The notes: generated by a model from the sequence alone, not told the origin. Shown: positions 30,797 through 39,737, numbered from the stretch's first letter. The stretch is 64,000 nucleotides of DNA from an uncultured Candidatus Saccharibacteria bacterium (GCA_964566135.1 CAZMHM010000006.1:2973-66972); one strand, 5' to 3'. Program-made: numbers and translations.

Positions 30797-30875
30797 GAGC
30801 CTGTGCATAAGCGGTATCCTACGTTCGTATACCAACCAAATAAAAACGTTAAAAACCAACAACAGGAGAAACAAA

Positions 30876-32162
30876 ATGATCCAACCGAGATCACAAGTAC
30901 GCGGTTTCCGCGTATTTACGGTCCTGAGCATCCTTTCGCTTTTAGTAGCGGCGGTGCTTCCGGCACTTATCAGTGCTAGGGCTGGCGCGGCATCAATCAC
31001 GTCGCGCAAAATAACAATGAGTAACTCAAAGTGGGCTGCCACTGGTGTTACGTATGCAGTAAGCTTCAATGTAAGCTCGACATGGTCGGGTAACCTTGAC
31101 GGTATTGTGGTTGACTTCTGTGCGGGTACTCCAATTATTGGAGATACAGCAAACTGTGCAAAGCCAAGCAACATGAGCGTTCCTGGTACCCTAGGAGCGA
31201 GTAGCTTTAAAGTTAACGGTACAACTGTTGGTGGTACGTACACCGCCAGCCAGCTAAATACTAACCGTACATTCATCTTGTCATACGCTTCAGGTGCACA
31301 CGCTGCTCCAACAGCGGGTCAGTCTGTAACTCTTGACATAACCGGTGTTACGAACCCTGACCTAGGTAACAATACCTTCTACGCTCGTATTTACACCTAC
31401 AACGCCGCTGCTGGTGCAACAGGCTATACGCTTGCCAACCCAAGTAACGGTGCTACCTATGTTGACGCTGGTGGTGTTGCCTTAAGCACCGCTAACGACC
31501 TTGTCATTACCGCTAAGGTGCAGGAACGTCTACAGTTCTGTATCACAACTGCCGCACAATGTACGACAGCCGGTACTGAAAAGGATACAACAGGTGCAAA
31601 CCGAACAGTCGCCGTTAACCTTGGTGATACCAATGGTGTACTCGATACGGCAAGTAACTACGTCAACAGTAACGTTAAAATGTATATCCAAACCAACGCC
31701 CAAGGTAACGCTGTGGTTGTACTAAAGGGTGATACCCTTTGTAACCCAATGCCTACTTTTGGTACGACATGTTCAGGTTCTGGTGGTACATCGATAACAC
31801 CTATCGGTGCTACAGGAACAGCATATGCAATCGGTACTGAACAATTTGGATTCTGTGCAACCACTGCTGCTGGTACTACTGTCGCAACACCATATGGTGA
31901 TGGTGTACTAAACACTGATACTGCAACTCAGTGTTCCGCAGCTCCAAACAACTCTGGTACTGGTACGACTAACACGACTACAGCTGTTAAGTACGGTTTT
32001 GACCAAACCAACACGAACAGTGCAACTGGTTCAACAGTGCTTACTAAAGCTCCTGGCGCAATTACTTCGCACACCCTTAGCTTTATGGGTAGCGTTGCTA
32101 ACACTACCAAGGCTGGTATCTACGGAACAGCTCTACAGTTTATTGCAACAGGTACATATTAA
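30876..32162 (+). CDS. secreted beta-rich surface protein, long paralog B
   Basis: AGGAG Shine-Dalgarno and signal peptide (...ARAGA). Same conserved blocks as paralog A (SRKITMSNS, GVTYAVSF, VVDFC..TPIIGD, FYARIYTY, GGVALSTANDLVITAKVQERLQFC, GTEKDTTGANRT, TEQFG, AGIYGTALQFIATGTY-stop). Confidence 0.8.
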   Translation: MIQPRSQVRGFRVFTVLSILSLLVAAVLPALISARAGAASITSRKITMSNSKWAATGVTYAVSFNVSSTWSGNLDGIVVDFCAGTPIIGDTANCAKPSNMSVPGTLGASSFKVNGTTVGGTYTASQLNTNRTFILSYASGAHAAPTAGQSVTLDITGVTNPDLGNNTFYARIYTYNAAAGATGYTLANPSNGATYVDAGGVALSTANDLVITAKVQERLQFCITTAAQCTTAGTEKDTTGANRTVAVNLGDTNGVLDTASNYVNSNVKMYIQTNAQGNAVVVLKGDTLCNPMPTFGTTCSGSGGTSITPIGATGTAYAIGTEQFGFCATTAAGTTVATPYGDGVLNTDTATQCSAAPNNSGTGTTNTTTAVKYGFDQTNTNSATGSTVLTKAPGAITSHTLSFMGSVANTTKAGIYGTALQFIATGTY

Positions 32163-32181
32163 AAGGACGTAAGGCGCGTTT

Positions 32182-33234
32182 ATGCCTGTGACACGCATCA
32201 TAAAACGCATCAGTTTCTTTGCCGCAACGGCACTACTCTTAGGGGTAGTGCCGTTGCTTGCGTTGCATGCCAATGCAGCCCCATACGTACAGAATCGCAC
32301 TCTAACACTTTCTTCATCGTTAACCCTTGCACCTTCGGTTAATTATTTGATTAGTTTTACGTATCCAGCACCAACTACGGTTGGCTCGATAGTGTTTGAG
32401 TTTTGCGAAGAAACACCTATACCAAACACTCCTTGTACTTCTCCTGTTGGATTTAGCGCTAATTCTGTCAACCTTGTTACCCAAACAGGTGATGTTGGTT
32501 TTGGGCTTAGCGGTGCATCTACAATTAATAGAGTGATTTTAACGCGAGCACCCGCTATGACGTCTGGGCAACCTGCATCGTATAACCTTGGTAATATTAC
32601 AAACCCAGAAAATGTCGGCACGTACTATGCTCGCATCTACACGTATCCAACCAACAACGCTACCGGCCCGGCTACCTATGAGGGCGGCATTGCCTTTGCT
32701 ATGAACCGCTATGTACCAATCGAGGCAATTGTACCCCCATACCTAACTTTCTGTGTCGGCAAAACAATCCCACAATACAATTGCACCAGTGCAAATGGTG
32801 ATTTTATAGATTTTGGCGAATTTAGCACTACGCAAACCAAATCTGCGCAACATCAAATGCTAGTCGCCACTAATGCCCCTTATGGCTATAATATTACGCT
32901 CTCTGGCCAAACACTCACCTCTGGTAACCATATTATTAATTCGTTAGTATCGCCGACGGCATCCGCTACTAATCAAAGTCAGTTTGGGTTAAATTTACGT
33001 GCTAATTCAATTGGTGGCTCAGACCCGGTTGGGCCAGGTACTGGTGGATCGGTCACGGGTAACTACAATATTCCTAATAGATACACCTTTAATAATGGTG
33101 ATGTGATTGCAAGTTCTAATACAGTTTCGGATTTTTGGCGTTTAACAGCTAGTTACATTGCAAATATCAATAGGCAACAGGCACCGGGTGTATATAACAC
33201 CACAATTTTGTATATTTGTTTGGCAAATTTCTAA
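32182..33234 (+). CDS. secreted beta-rich surface protein, divergent paralog C
   Basis: Signal peptide (...LHANA). Blocks NRTLTLSSS, VNYLISF, IVFEFCEETPIPN, YYARIYTY, PPYLTFCVG, SQFGLNL, and terminal PGVYNTTILYICLANF-stop. Confidence 0.8.
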   Translation: MPVTRIIKRISFFAATALLLGVVPLLALHANAAPYVQNRTLTLSSSLTLAPSVNYLISFTYPAPTTVGSIVFEFCEETPIPNTPCTSPVGFSANSVNLVTQTGDVGFGLSGASTINRVILTRAPAMTSGQPASYNLGNITNPENVGTYYARIYTYPTNNATGPATYEGGIAFAMNRYVPIEAIVPPYLTFCVGKTIPQYNCTSANGDFIDFGEFSTTQTKSAQHQMLVATNAPYGYNITLSGQTLTSGNHIINSLVSPTASATNQSQFGLNLRANSIGGSDPVGPGTGGSVTGNYNIPNRYTFNNGDVIASSNTVSDFWRLTASYIANINRQQAPGVYNTTILYICLANF

Positions 33235-33288
33235 TGCTTTTGGTACACTTTCCTTAAGCATTTTAAATAAAAGTTATGTGGAGGAAAA

Positions 33289-34284
33289 ATGAAACGAATT
33301 ATGCCAGTGCTAAAGGGTGCACTTGTTGTAGTTGCTAGCGTAGTACTATTAGCGTCACAAGGTGGGGTTAAAGCACAAAATGCCGGTAACGGTGGTGGTA
33401 ACGGCTTTGTGGTATCACCAGTACGCTCGGAACTAACACTAGAGCCAGGCAAGAGCGAAACAGTTATCTTAACGGTAGAGAACGTTACTGGTGCAGCAAC
33501 TACTGCTAAGCCAATTGTTAACGACTTTGAACCAAGCGCAAACGAAAGCGGCCAGCCTAAGATTATCTTAGACGAAAGCAAGAGTGCGAGTGGCAACAGC
33601 TTTAAGAGCCTTGTTGGTAGTTTGCCAAGTGTGCAACTAGCAGCTGGCGAAAAGAAGAGCTTGCCAGTTAAGATTGTTATACCTGGCAACGCAAATGCAG
33701 GTGGTTACTACGGTGCAATTCGCTTTATTAGCGATAACGGTACTGATGCAGACAAAAACCTATCACTATCAGCTAGTGTTGGTACTATCTTCTTGGTTCG
33801 CGTACCAGGCAACCTGACCGAAGCGTTACAACTTGTTGAATTTACTGCAGCCAAAAATGGCAGCACGGGCCGATTATTTATCAACAGTGGCGACATGACT
33901 GTTGTTACACGTCTTAAGAACACCGGCAATATTCATGTTAAGCCATTCGGTAAAGTACAAATTACTGACGGTTCAGGCAAGGTAGTCGAAGAATACGAGT
34001 TCAATAACACTGAACCACGTGCAAATATTTTGCCAAACAGCACTCGTAAGTTCGAAGATCAACTAAAGAACAAAAAATGGATTGGTAAGTACACCATAAC
34101 TGCAAACCTTGGGTACGGCACGGGTGGCAGTCTTATCACTGCTAAGAACTCATTCTGGATTATTCCAATGTGGGTCGTAATTGTAGCAGGTGCGGCACTT
34201 GTATTAGTACTTGTCGGCGGATTCTTCTTGTATCGCAAGCTATCAACCGGTAGTAAGCACAAGGCTAATAAAGTTCGACGATAA
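33289..34284 (+). CDS. DUF916/DUF3324-like (CscA-like) cell-surface protein with a C-terminal TM anchor; alternatively a chaperone-like Ig-fold protein
   Basis: GGAGG Shine-Dalgarno and signal peptide. Pattern FVVSPVRSELTLEPGKSETVILTVENVTG, a second beta-rich domain, a C-terminal TM WVVIVAGAALVLVLVGGFFLY and a basic tail. This architecture matches CscA of Lactobacillales csc clusters. Confidence 0.7.
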   Translation: MKRIMPVLKGALVVVASVVLLASQGGVKAQNAGNGGGNGFVVSPVRSELTLEPGKSETVILTVENVTGAATTAKPIVNDFEPSANESGQPKIILDESKSASGNSFKSLVGSLPSVQLAAGEKKSLPVKIVIPGNANAGGYYGAIRFISDNGTDADKNLSLSASVGTIFLVRVPGNLTEALQLVEFTAAKNGSTGRLFINSGDMTVVTRLKNTGNIHVKPFGKVQITDGSGKVVEEYEFNNTEPRANILPNSTRKFEDQLKNKKWIGKYTITANLGYGTGGSLITAKNSFWIIPMWVVIVAGAALVLVLVGGFFLYRKLSTGSKHKANKVRR

Positions 34285-34305
34285 ACATACGTAACTATTG
34301 CTTAC

Positions 34306-34336
34306 AAAGTGCGACACCTACAGGGTGTCGCACTTT
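34306..34336 (+). terminator. rho-independent terminator closing the paralog cluster
   Basis: 13-bp perfect stem aaagtgcgacacc/ggtgtcgcacttt with a 5-nt loop, followed by acgttt. Confidence 0.7.
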
Positions 34337-34389
34337 ACGTTTATGCTAAAAAATACTATAGTTATGTATAAGTAACGATAAAAGTAAAA

Positions 34390-35310
34390 ATGACTAAATA
34401 TTTAGCCAGTCGTATCAGCGTTAAACTACAGCTAAGCATAGGTGCTGTTTTTGTTGTTTTGGCTGTTATTGCAGGATTACAGCATGTAAAAGCCGTAGAT
34501 AATCCGCAAACAGGCGGTGTAGGCGTGCAGGGCACAATCAGCGCACCACCACCTACCCAAGCCGCAACAATCACGAGCCCCGCTAATGGCGCAGTATTTA
34601 CGACACTGCCAGTTACGGTAAGAGGTTTTTGTCCCAACAACTTGCTTGTTAAGATGTTTAAAAACAACGTCTTCAGTGGTTCTGTGCCATGCCAGAACGG
34701 CAGCTACAGTATCCAGATAGACCTTTTTAGTAGCAAAAATGATCTTGTAGCGAGAGTATATGATGATTTAGACCAAGCTGGCCCGGACAGCAATACGGTA
34801 TCAGTAACGTTTAACGATAATACTTCTCGCCCAGATGTTGCGGCTCGCGTAAGCCTAACAAGTAACTATGCCCGCCGTGGTGCAAATCCAAAAGAAGCAT
34901 TAACCTGGCCACTTATTATTAGCGGCGGTACATCTCCCTATGCGGTCAGTGTTGATTGGGGTGACGGTACGCCGGCAGATGTATACACGGTGACTACGCC
35001 AGGTGAATTTACTATCAAGCATCAGTTTGATCAGTCCGGAGTGTATCGTGCACTTGTAAAAGCGGCAGATAAAAATGGCACTATCGCGTACTTACAGTTA
35101 ACTGCAATTGGCAATGGTGAAGTCAAGCAGTCAAATGTTGCTGGTGCGACTGCAGATAAAAGCAGTACGCCCGGTAAAACAGTTGTTTTGTGGCAACCTG
35201 CTGCAATTGCAATCCCACTTATTCTGGCAACATTCTGGCTAGGTAAACACTACGAGATTAAACGCGTAAAAGCCAAGCTTTCTAAGGGTGAACATCCTTT
35301 TGAGAGCTAA
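34390..35310 (+). CDS. secreted Ig-like/PKD-domain protein with a C-terminal TM anchor
   Basis: Signal/anchor sequence and an Ig-like segment (ATITSPANGAVFTTLPVTVRGF). PKD signature VDWGDGTPADVYTVTTPGEFTIKHQFDQSGVYRALVKAADKNG. C-terminal TM. Confidence 0.8.
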   Translation: MTKYLASRISVKLQLSIGAVFVVLAVIAGLQHVKAVDNPQTGGVGVQGTISAPPPTQAATITSPANGAVFTTLPVTVRGFCPNNLLVKMFKNNVFSGSVPCQNGSYSIQIDLFSSKNDLVARVYDDLDQAGPDSNTVSVTFNDNTSRPDVAARVSLTSNYARRGANPKEALTWPLIISGGTSPYAVSVDWGDGTPADVYTVTTPGEFTIKHQFDQSGVYRALVKAADKNGTIAYLQLTAIGNGEVKQSNVAGATADKSSTPGKTVVLWQPAAIAIPLILATFWLGKHYEIKRVKAKLSKGEHPFES

Positions 35311-35329
35311 TAGTGTAAACTAATAAGCG

Positions 35330-36361
35330 ATGAAAACGGTGTATGTAGGCCTCAGCGGAGGTGTTGATAGCTCAGTAACCGCTGCACTTGTAAAAGAGCA
35401 GGGCTATAATGTCGTGGGCGTATATATGAAGAACTGGAGCCAAGACTTGCCAGGTTTTGCATGCCCCTGGAAAGAAGATTACCAAGATGCAAAGCGCGTT
35501 GCCGTGCAGCTTGGTATTGATTTTAAAATGTTTGATTTCGAAACCGAATATCGTGCAAAAGTTGTCGATTATATGATTGATGAATATAAAGCTGGCCGTA
35601 CTCCAAACCCTGACATCATGTGCAACCAGGAGGTTAAATTTAAATTGTTTTTGAACACCGCGCTCGAACAGGGTGCTGATTTTGTTGCAACCGGGCATTA
35701 TGCGCGAGTCATGGATGGCAGTTTATTTGTTGGCAAAGATAGCAATAAAGACCAAAGCTACTTTTTGTATCGCGTTACCGAAGATGCTCTACAGCACACG
35801 CTATTCCCGCTTGGCAGTTACACAAAGCCCGAAGTACGTAAGCTTGCCGCCGAACGCAACTTAATCACTGCTACAAAAAAAGAGAGCATGGGCATCTGTT
35901 TTGTTGGCAAAGTAGGCATTAAAGAGTTTTTGCAGCAATTTGTTAGCACCGAGCCCGGTGCAATCGTAGACCAAAATGGTATGACCATTGGCGAACATGA
36001 CGGCGCTATCTTTTATACGATTGGCCAACGGCACGGCTTAAATGTTGGTGGTGGATTGCCGTACTACGTTATTGGCAAGGATATGGCGAAAAATGAAGTG
36101 TACGTAACAACGCAACTTGATGACGAACGCTTGTGGCTCCGTGAACTCAAAATGACCGATTTGCACTGGATTAACAAGGCACCGTTACCCAAAAAATCTT
36201 ATCAAGTTCGGGTGCGATATCGGGCGGCACTCGTAGAAGCTGTATTTAGTAGTGACCTGCAAACCTTGGCACTTAAAGACCAAGTACGTGCAATAACACC
36301 TGGCCAGTCGGCCGTAGTGTATGATGGTGAACGGGTTGTTGGTGGTGGAATTGTAATTTAG
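35330..36361 (+). CDS. mnmA: tRNA-specific 2-thiouridylase
   Basis: PP-loop VGLSGGVDSSV, GRTPNPDIMCN, ATGHYAR, KDQSYFL. Confidence 0.95.
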   Translation: MKTVYVGLSGGVDSSVTAALVKEQGYNVVGVYMKNWSQDLPGFACPWKEDYQDAKRVAVQLGIDFKMFDFETEYRAKVVDYMIDEYKAGRTPNPDIMCNQEVKFKLFLNTALEQGADFVATGHYARVMDGSLFVGKDSNKDQSYFLYRVTEDALQHTLFPLGSYTKPEVRKLAAERNLITATKKESMGICFVGKVGIKEFLQQFVSTEPGAIVDQNGMTIGEHDGAIFYTIGQRHGLNVGGGLPYYVIGKDMAKNEVYVTTQLDDERLWLRELKMTDLHWINKAPLPKKSYQVRVRYRAALVEAVFSSDLQTLALKDQVRAITPGQSAVVYDGERVVGGGIVI

Positions 36362-36369
36362 GGGGTTCT

Positions 36370-36804
36370 ATGACGCATTGGCTTTTAGTAAGTTCGGCAG
36401 AAAATTTTGAGGTTAACAGAGGGCGTGGTTTTGATATTGCAGGTATGAAATCACGCTGGAAGAAGGCTGCGAGCGAAGTCGCTCCTGGCGACACAGTATT
36501 CTTTTACCTAACAGGCATCAAGGCGATTGGCGGCGAAGCAGAAGTAGTTGGTGAATCGTTCTTTGACGAAACAAAAATTTGGGAGTCTACAAAGCCGGGC
36601 GAGGTATATCCGTATCGTTTTCCAATTGAGCTAACGTTCGCTCGTGATGCAGGCGACTATCTGCAAGTTGCGGATTTTATTGATTCCTATGAATATGCGA
36701 CACGGTGGCCGGCTAAAAACTGGACATTAGCCTTTCAGGGCAATGTACACCGCCTAAACGACCACGATTATCAGCTTATTAGCCAAATGCTAAAAACAAA
36801 CTAG
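36370..36804 (+). CDS. EVE/PUA-like domain protein
   Basis: 144 aa. The pattern HWLLVSSAENF...APGDTVFFYLTGIKAIGGEAEVVGE matches the EVE (PUA-like) fold by eye. Confidence 0.6.
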   Translation: MTHWLLVSSAENFEVNRGRGFDIAGMKSRWKKAASEVAPGDTVFFYLTGIKAIGGEAEVVGESFFDETKIWESTKPGEVYPYRFPIELTFARDAGDYLQVADFIDSYEYATRWPAKNWTLAFQGNVHRLNDHDYQLISQMLKTN

Positions 36805-36830
36805 TATCATCTGTTAAAATAGAAAACGAT

Positions 36831-38717
36831 ATGACAGCTCAAGAAATTCGCAAAGCCTATTTTGATTTTGCTCGTGAAAACGGTCACGAGATTATTCCAC
36901 GTTCTAATCTAGTGCCGCAAAACGACCCGACCACGTTGTTTACTGGTAGCGGTATGCAACCATTATTGCCGTATTTACTGGGTGAGCCGCACCCAAGTGG
37001 TAGTCGTGTGGCAGATAGTCAGACATGCTTACGCGCCGACGATATCGACGAAGTTGGCGATAATCGTCACACAACCTTTTTTGAAATGCTCGGTAACTGG
37101 AGCTTCGGTGATTATTTTAAGCAAGAGCAACTACGCTGGTTCTTTACGTTTTTGACTGAAAAAGTTGGCCTTGACCCAAATAAGTTGTATGTAACTGCCT
37201 TTTTGGGTGACGAGGATGCAGGTGTACCGCGTGATGATGAATCTGCCGAAATTTGGCAAACTTTATTTAAAGAAAAAGGTATTACTGCCAAAGTTGTAGC
37301 CGTTGGTTCCGAGCAAGACGGCTACGATACGGGCATGCAAGACGGCCGCATATTCTTTTATGATGCAAAAAAGAACTGGTGGAGCCGCGCTGGCGTGCCT
37401 GCAAATATGCCCGCCGGAGAACCTGGCGGCCCTGATAGCGAAGTATTCTACGAATTTGAGCATATAGAGCATGATACAAGCTGGGGCGAACACTGCCACC
37501 CTAACTGCGACTGTGGCCGTTATATGGAAATTGGTAATTCTGTGTTTATGCAGTATCTCAAAAACGAGGACGGTAGTTTTAGTGAGTTACCAAAAGCAAA
37601 TGTTGATTTTGGTGGTGGGCTGGAGCGCATTGCTGCGGCCAAAATCGATAGCGATGACATGTTTAAAATCAGCCTTCTATGGCCGATTATCGAAAAGCTA
37701 CAAGAACTCAGCGGCAAACAGTATCAAGACCACACTGCTGCAATGCGTGTAATTGCAGACCATTTACGCACCGCCACCTTTTTAGCGGTTGATGGCGTGG
37801 TGCCAAGCAATAAAGCACAAGGCTACGTGATGCGCCGCTTCATGCGACGTGCAATCCGGTACGCGTTTGAGCTTGGTATAGAGCAAAACTTTTTAGAACA
37901 AGTAGTGCCAACGATTGCTGATTTATATCACAACGACTACCCAGAAGTTGCCAAAAACCGTGACCAAATTATTGCCGTACTTGTGCGCGAAGAAAAAGTT
38001 TTCCGCCAAACCTTACGCGCAGGTGTCCGTGAGTTTTCTAAACTTACGCAAGGGGGCACGCTAAATGGTGAAATTATCTTTAAGCTGTATGATACCTACG
38101 GATTCCCCGTAGAGCTGACTAAAGAAGAAGCAATTGCCCAAAATGTGAACGTTGCCGATAATGCGACCGAAGAATTCGAGCGATTAATGTCCGAGCAAAA
38201 AGCTCGCAGCCAAACTGCCGCAAAAGGCACCTTCAAGGGTGGCTTAGCCGACCATAGCGAAATTACCACCAAATACCACACTGCAACCCACTTAATGTAT
38301 AAGGCTCTGCGTATGGTGCTTGGTGATCACGTAATTCAACGTGGTAGCAATATTACCTCTGAACGCCTGCGATTTGATTTTAGTCACGACCAAAAAGTCA
38401 CACCCGAACAAATTGCCGAAGTCGAAAAGATAGTAAACGAACAAATTGAAAAAGACTGGCCAATGGGCTGGCGCGAAGAAAACACCAAACAAGCACTCGC
38501 AAATGGTGTTATGGGTGCATTTGGTGATAAATATGGCGAAGTTGTAAAGGTGTATACCGTAGGAGATCCAGACGGCACAAATTATAGTCGCGAAATCTGC
38601 GGTGGTCCGCATGTTGAGCATACAGGCGCATTAGCCGATGGTGGCAAACACTTCAAAATTACCAAAGAAGAGGCCAGCAGTGCCGGCGTTCGCCGAATTA
38701 AAGCGGTCTTACGATAA
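36831..38717 (+). CDS. alaS: alanine--tRNA ligase, truncated form lacking the C-terminal C-Ala/DHHA1 region
   Basis: FTGSGMQP, HTTFFEMLGNWSFGDYFK, GGGLERI, and editing-domain HTATHLM...CGGPHV. 628 aa. Confidence 0.93.
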   Translation: MTAQEIRKAYFDFARENGHEIIPRSNLVPQNDPTTLFTGSGMQPLLPYLLGEPHPSGSRVADSQTCLRADDIDEVGDNRHTTFFEMLGNWSFGDYFKQEQLRWFFTFLTEKVGLDPNKLYVTAFLGDEDAGVPRDDESAEIWQTLFKEKGITAKVVAVGSEQDGYDTGMQDGRIFFYDAKKNWWSRAGVPANMPAGEPGGPDSEVFYEFEHIEHDTSWGEHCHPNCDCGRYMEIGNSVFMQYLKNEDGSFSELPKANVDFGGGLERIAAAKIDSDDMFKISLLWPIIEKLQELSGKQYQDHTAAMRVIADHLRTATFLAVDGVVPSNKAQGYVMRRFMRRAIRYAFELGIEQNFLEQVVPTIADLYHNDYPEVAKNRDQIIAVLVREEKVFRQTLRAGVREFSKLTQGGTLNGEIIFKLYDTYGFPVELTKEEAIAQNVNVADNATEEFERLMSEQKARSQTAAKGTFKGGLADHSEITTKYHTATHLMYKALRMVLGDHVIQRGSNITSERLRFDFSHDQKVTPEQIAEVEKIVNEQIEKDWPMGWREENTKQALANGVMGAFGDKYGEVVKVYTVGDPDGTNYSREICGGPHVEHTGALADGGKHFKITKEEASSAGVRRIKAVLR

Positions 38718-39737
38718 TTAAATTCTCATGCCAATTCTGGCATCACGAGCGCATTCGCGTAAGTATTTCAACAAATCATCGGTAGGGGCAACGGTTGTCC
38801 GGTCTTGTTCGTGCTCTTCGCGAGTAAACGACAATACCTCTTCTGTATCATCTTTGATATCGATAATTTTTGGGTAATATGTCACGGGAACTCGGGTAAT
38901 GTCTAGGTACTGCGGTGGAATATTCCAAGAAGACGTTGAAAGCTGTAGCTGCAGGCTCGAGCTTGGTAGCATACTGTCACCCTGTGCGTAATCAACACAA
39001 AACAAAAGGCTCCGTTGCCAAGCTTGTTGTATCTCGCCAGCGGCTTCTTGCTCATCGTCTATACCGGCAACAATGTCCATAAATACATCCTCAGTATCAG
39101 CTATGGGAGCAATCGCACTTACGTCAGTGGTGCCACCTTCTATCACTTCTTTAAGGGTATACATTTTGCCAAGTTCTGTTTCTGATGTTGTTGAAGTAGC
39201 AAGCTGCCAGTACTTTGCCAAATCGGTTACGCCGGTAATCTCGCTGAGTTCTGTGTTCTTTCGGTCTGAAGGCATATGAATTCCCATGGATGCAAAGACA
39301 TATGCAACTTCGTTCTGGTAAAAGGATACTGGTCGCATGCCTGCTGGGATGTGTATTATAGGCATCTTTGCTGCATCATGCACCTCAACAGACAGCGAAT
39401 CATCTGTTGCATTTCGCACACGACTAAATGCAACGCTAATGCCCGTATCTAGGTAGATTGCAGAGCTATTGAGGCCAAATTTTTTATGTTGCCTATCGTA
39501 CGTCATTGCAATATCAACAGAGGTGATGAACTGGGGAATATGCTCAAGATTGCGTAATAGCCCAACAAGCTCAATTGGCATTCTATTATCAACTGGCATT
39601 ATTCCGGTCACGGTAATATCTGTAGTACCACGATGCATTGATAAATCGATAAGTTCGGTGACTTCAACTTCAAGATTGCCAAGTCTATCCAACACCTCTT
39701 GTTTGTCTGCTGCACGAGGCTCAAAATTCATATACAT
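38718..39737 (-). CDS. hypothetical acidic cytoplasmic protein
   Basis: 339-aa ORF on the minus strand, with its stop abutting the alaS stop. No signal peptide, TM or recognisable motif. Confidence 0.6.
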   Translation of the reverse strand: MYMNFEPRAADKQEVLDRLGNLEVEVTELIDLSMHRGTTDITVTGIMPVDNRMPIELVGLLRNLEHIPQFITSVDIAMTYDRQHKKFGLNSSAIYLDTGISVAFSRVRNATDDSLSVEVHDAAKMPIIHIPAGMRPVSFYQNEVAYVFASMGIHMPSDRKNTELSEITGVTDLAKYWQLATSTTSETELGKMYTLKEVIEGGTTDVSAIAPIADTEDVFMDIVAGIDDEQEAAGEIQQAWQRSLLFCVDYAQGDSMLPSSSLQLQLSTSSWNIPPQYLDITRVPVTYYPKIIDIKDDTEEVLSFTREEHEQDRTTVAPTDDLLKYLRECARDARIGMRI

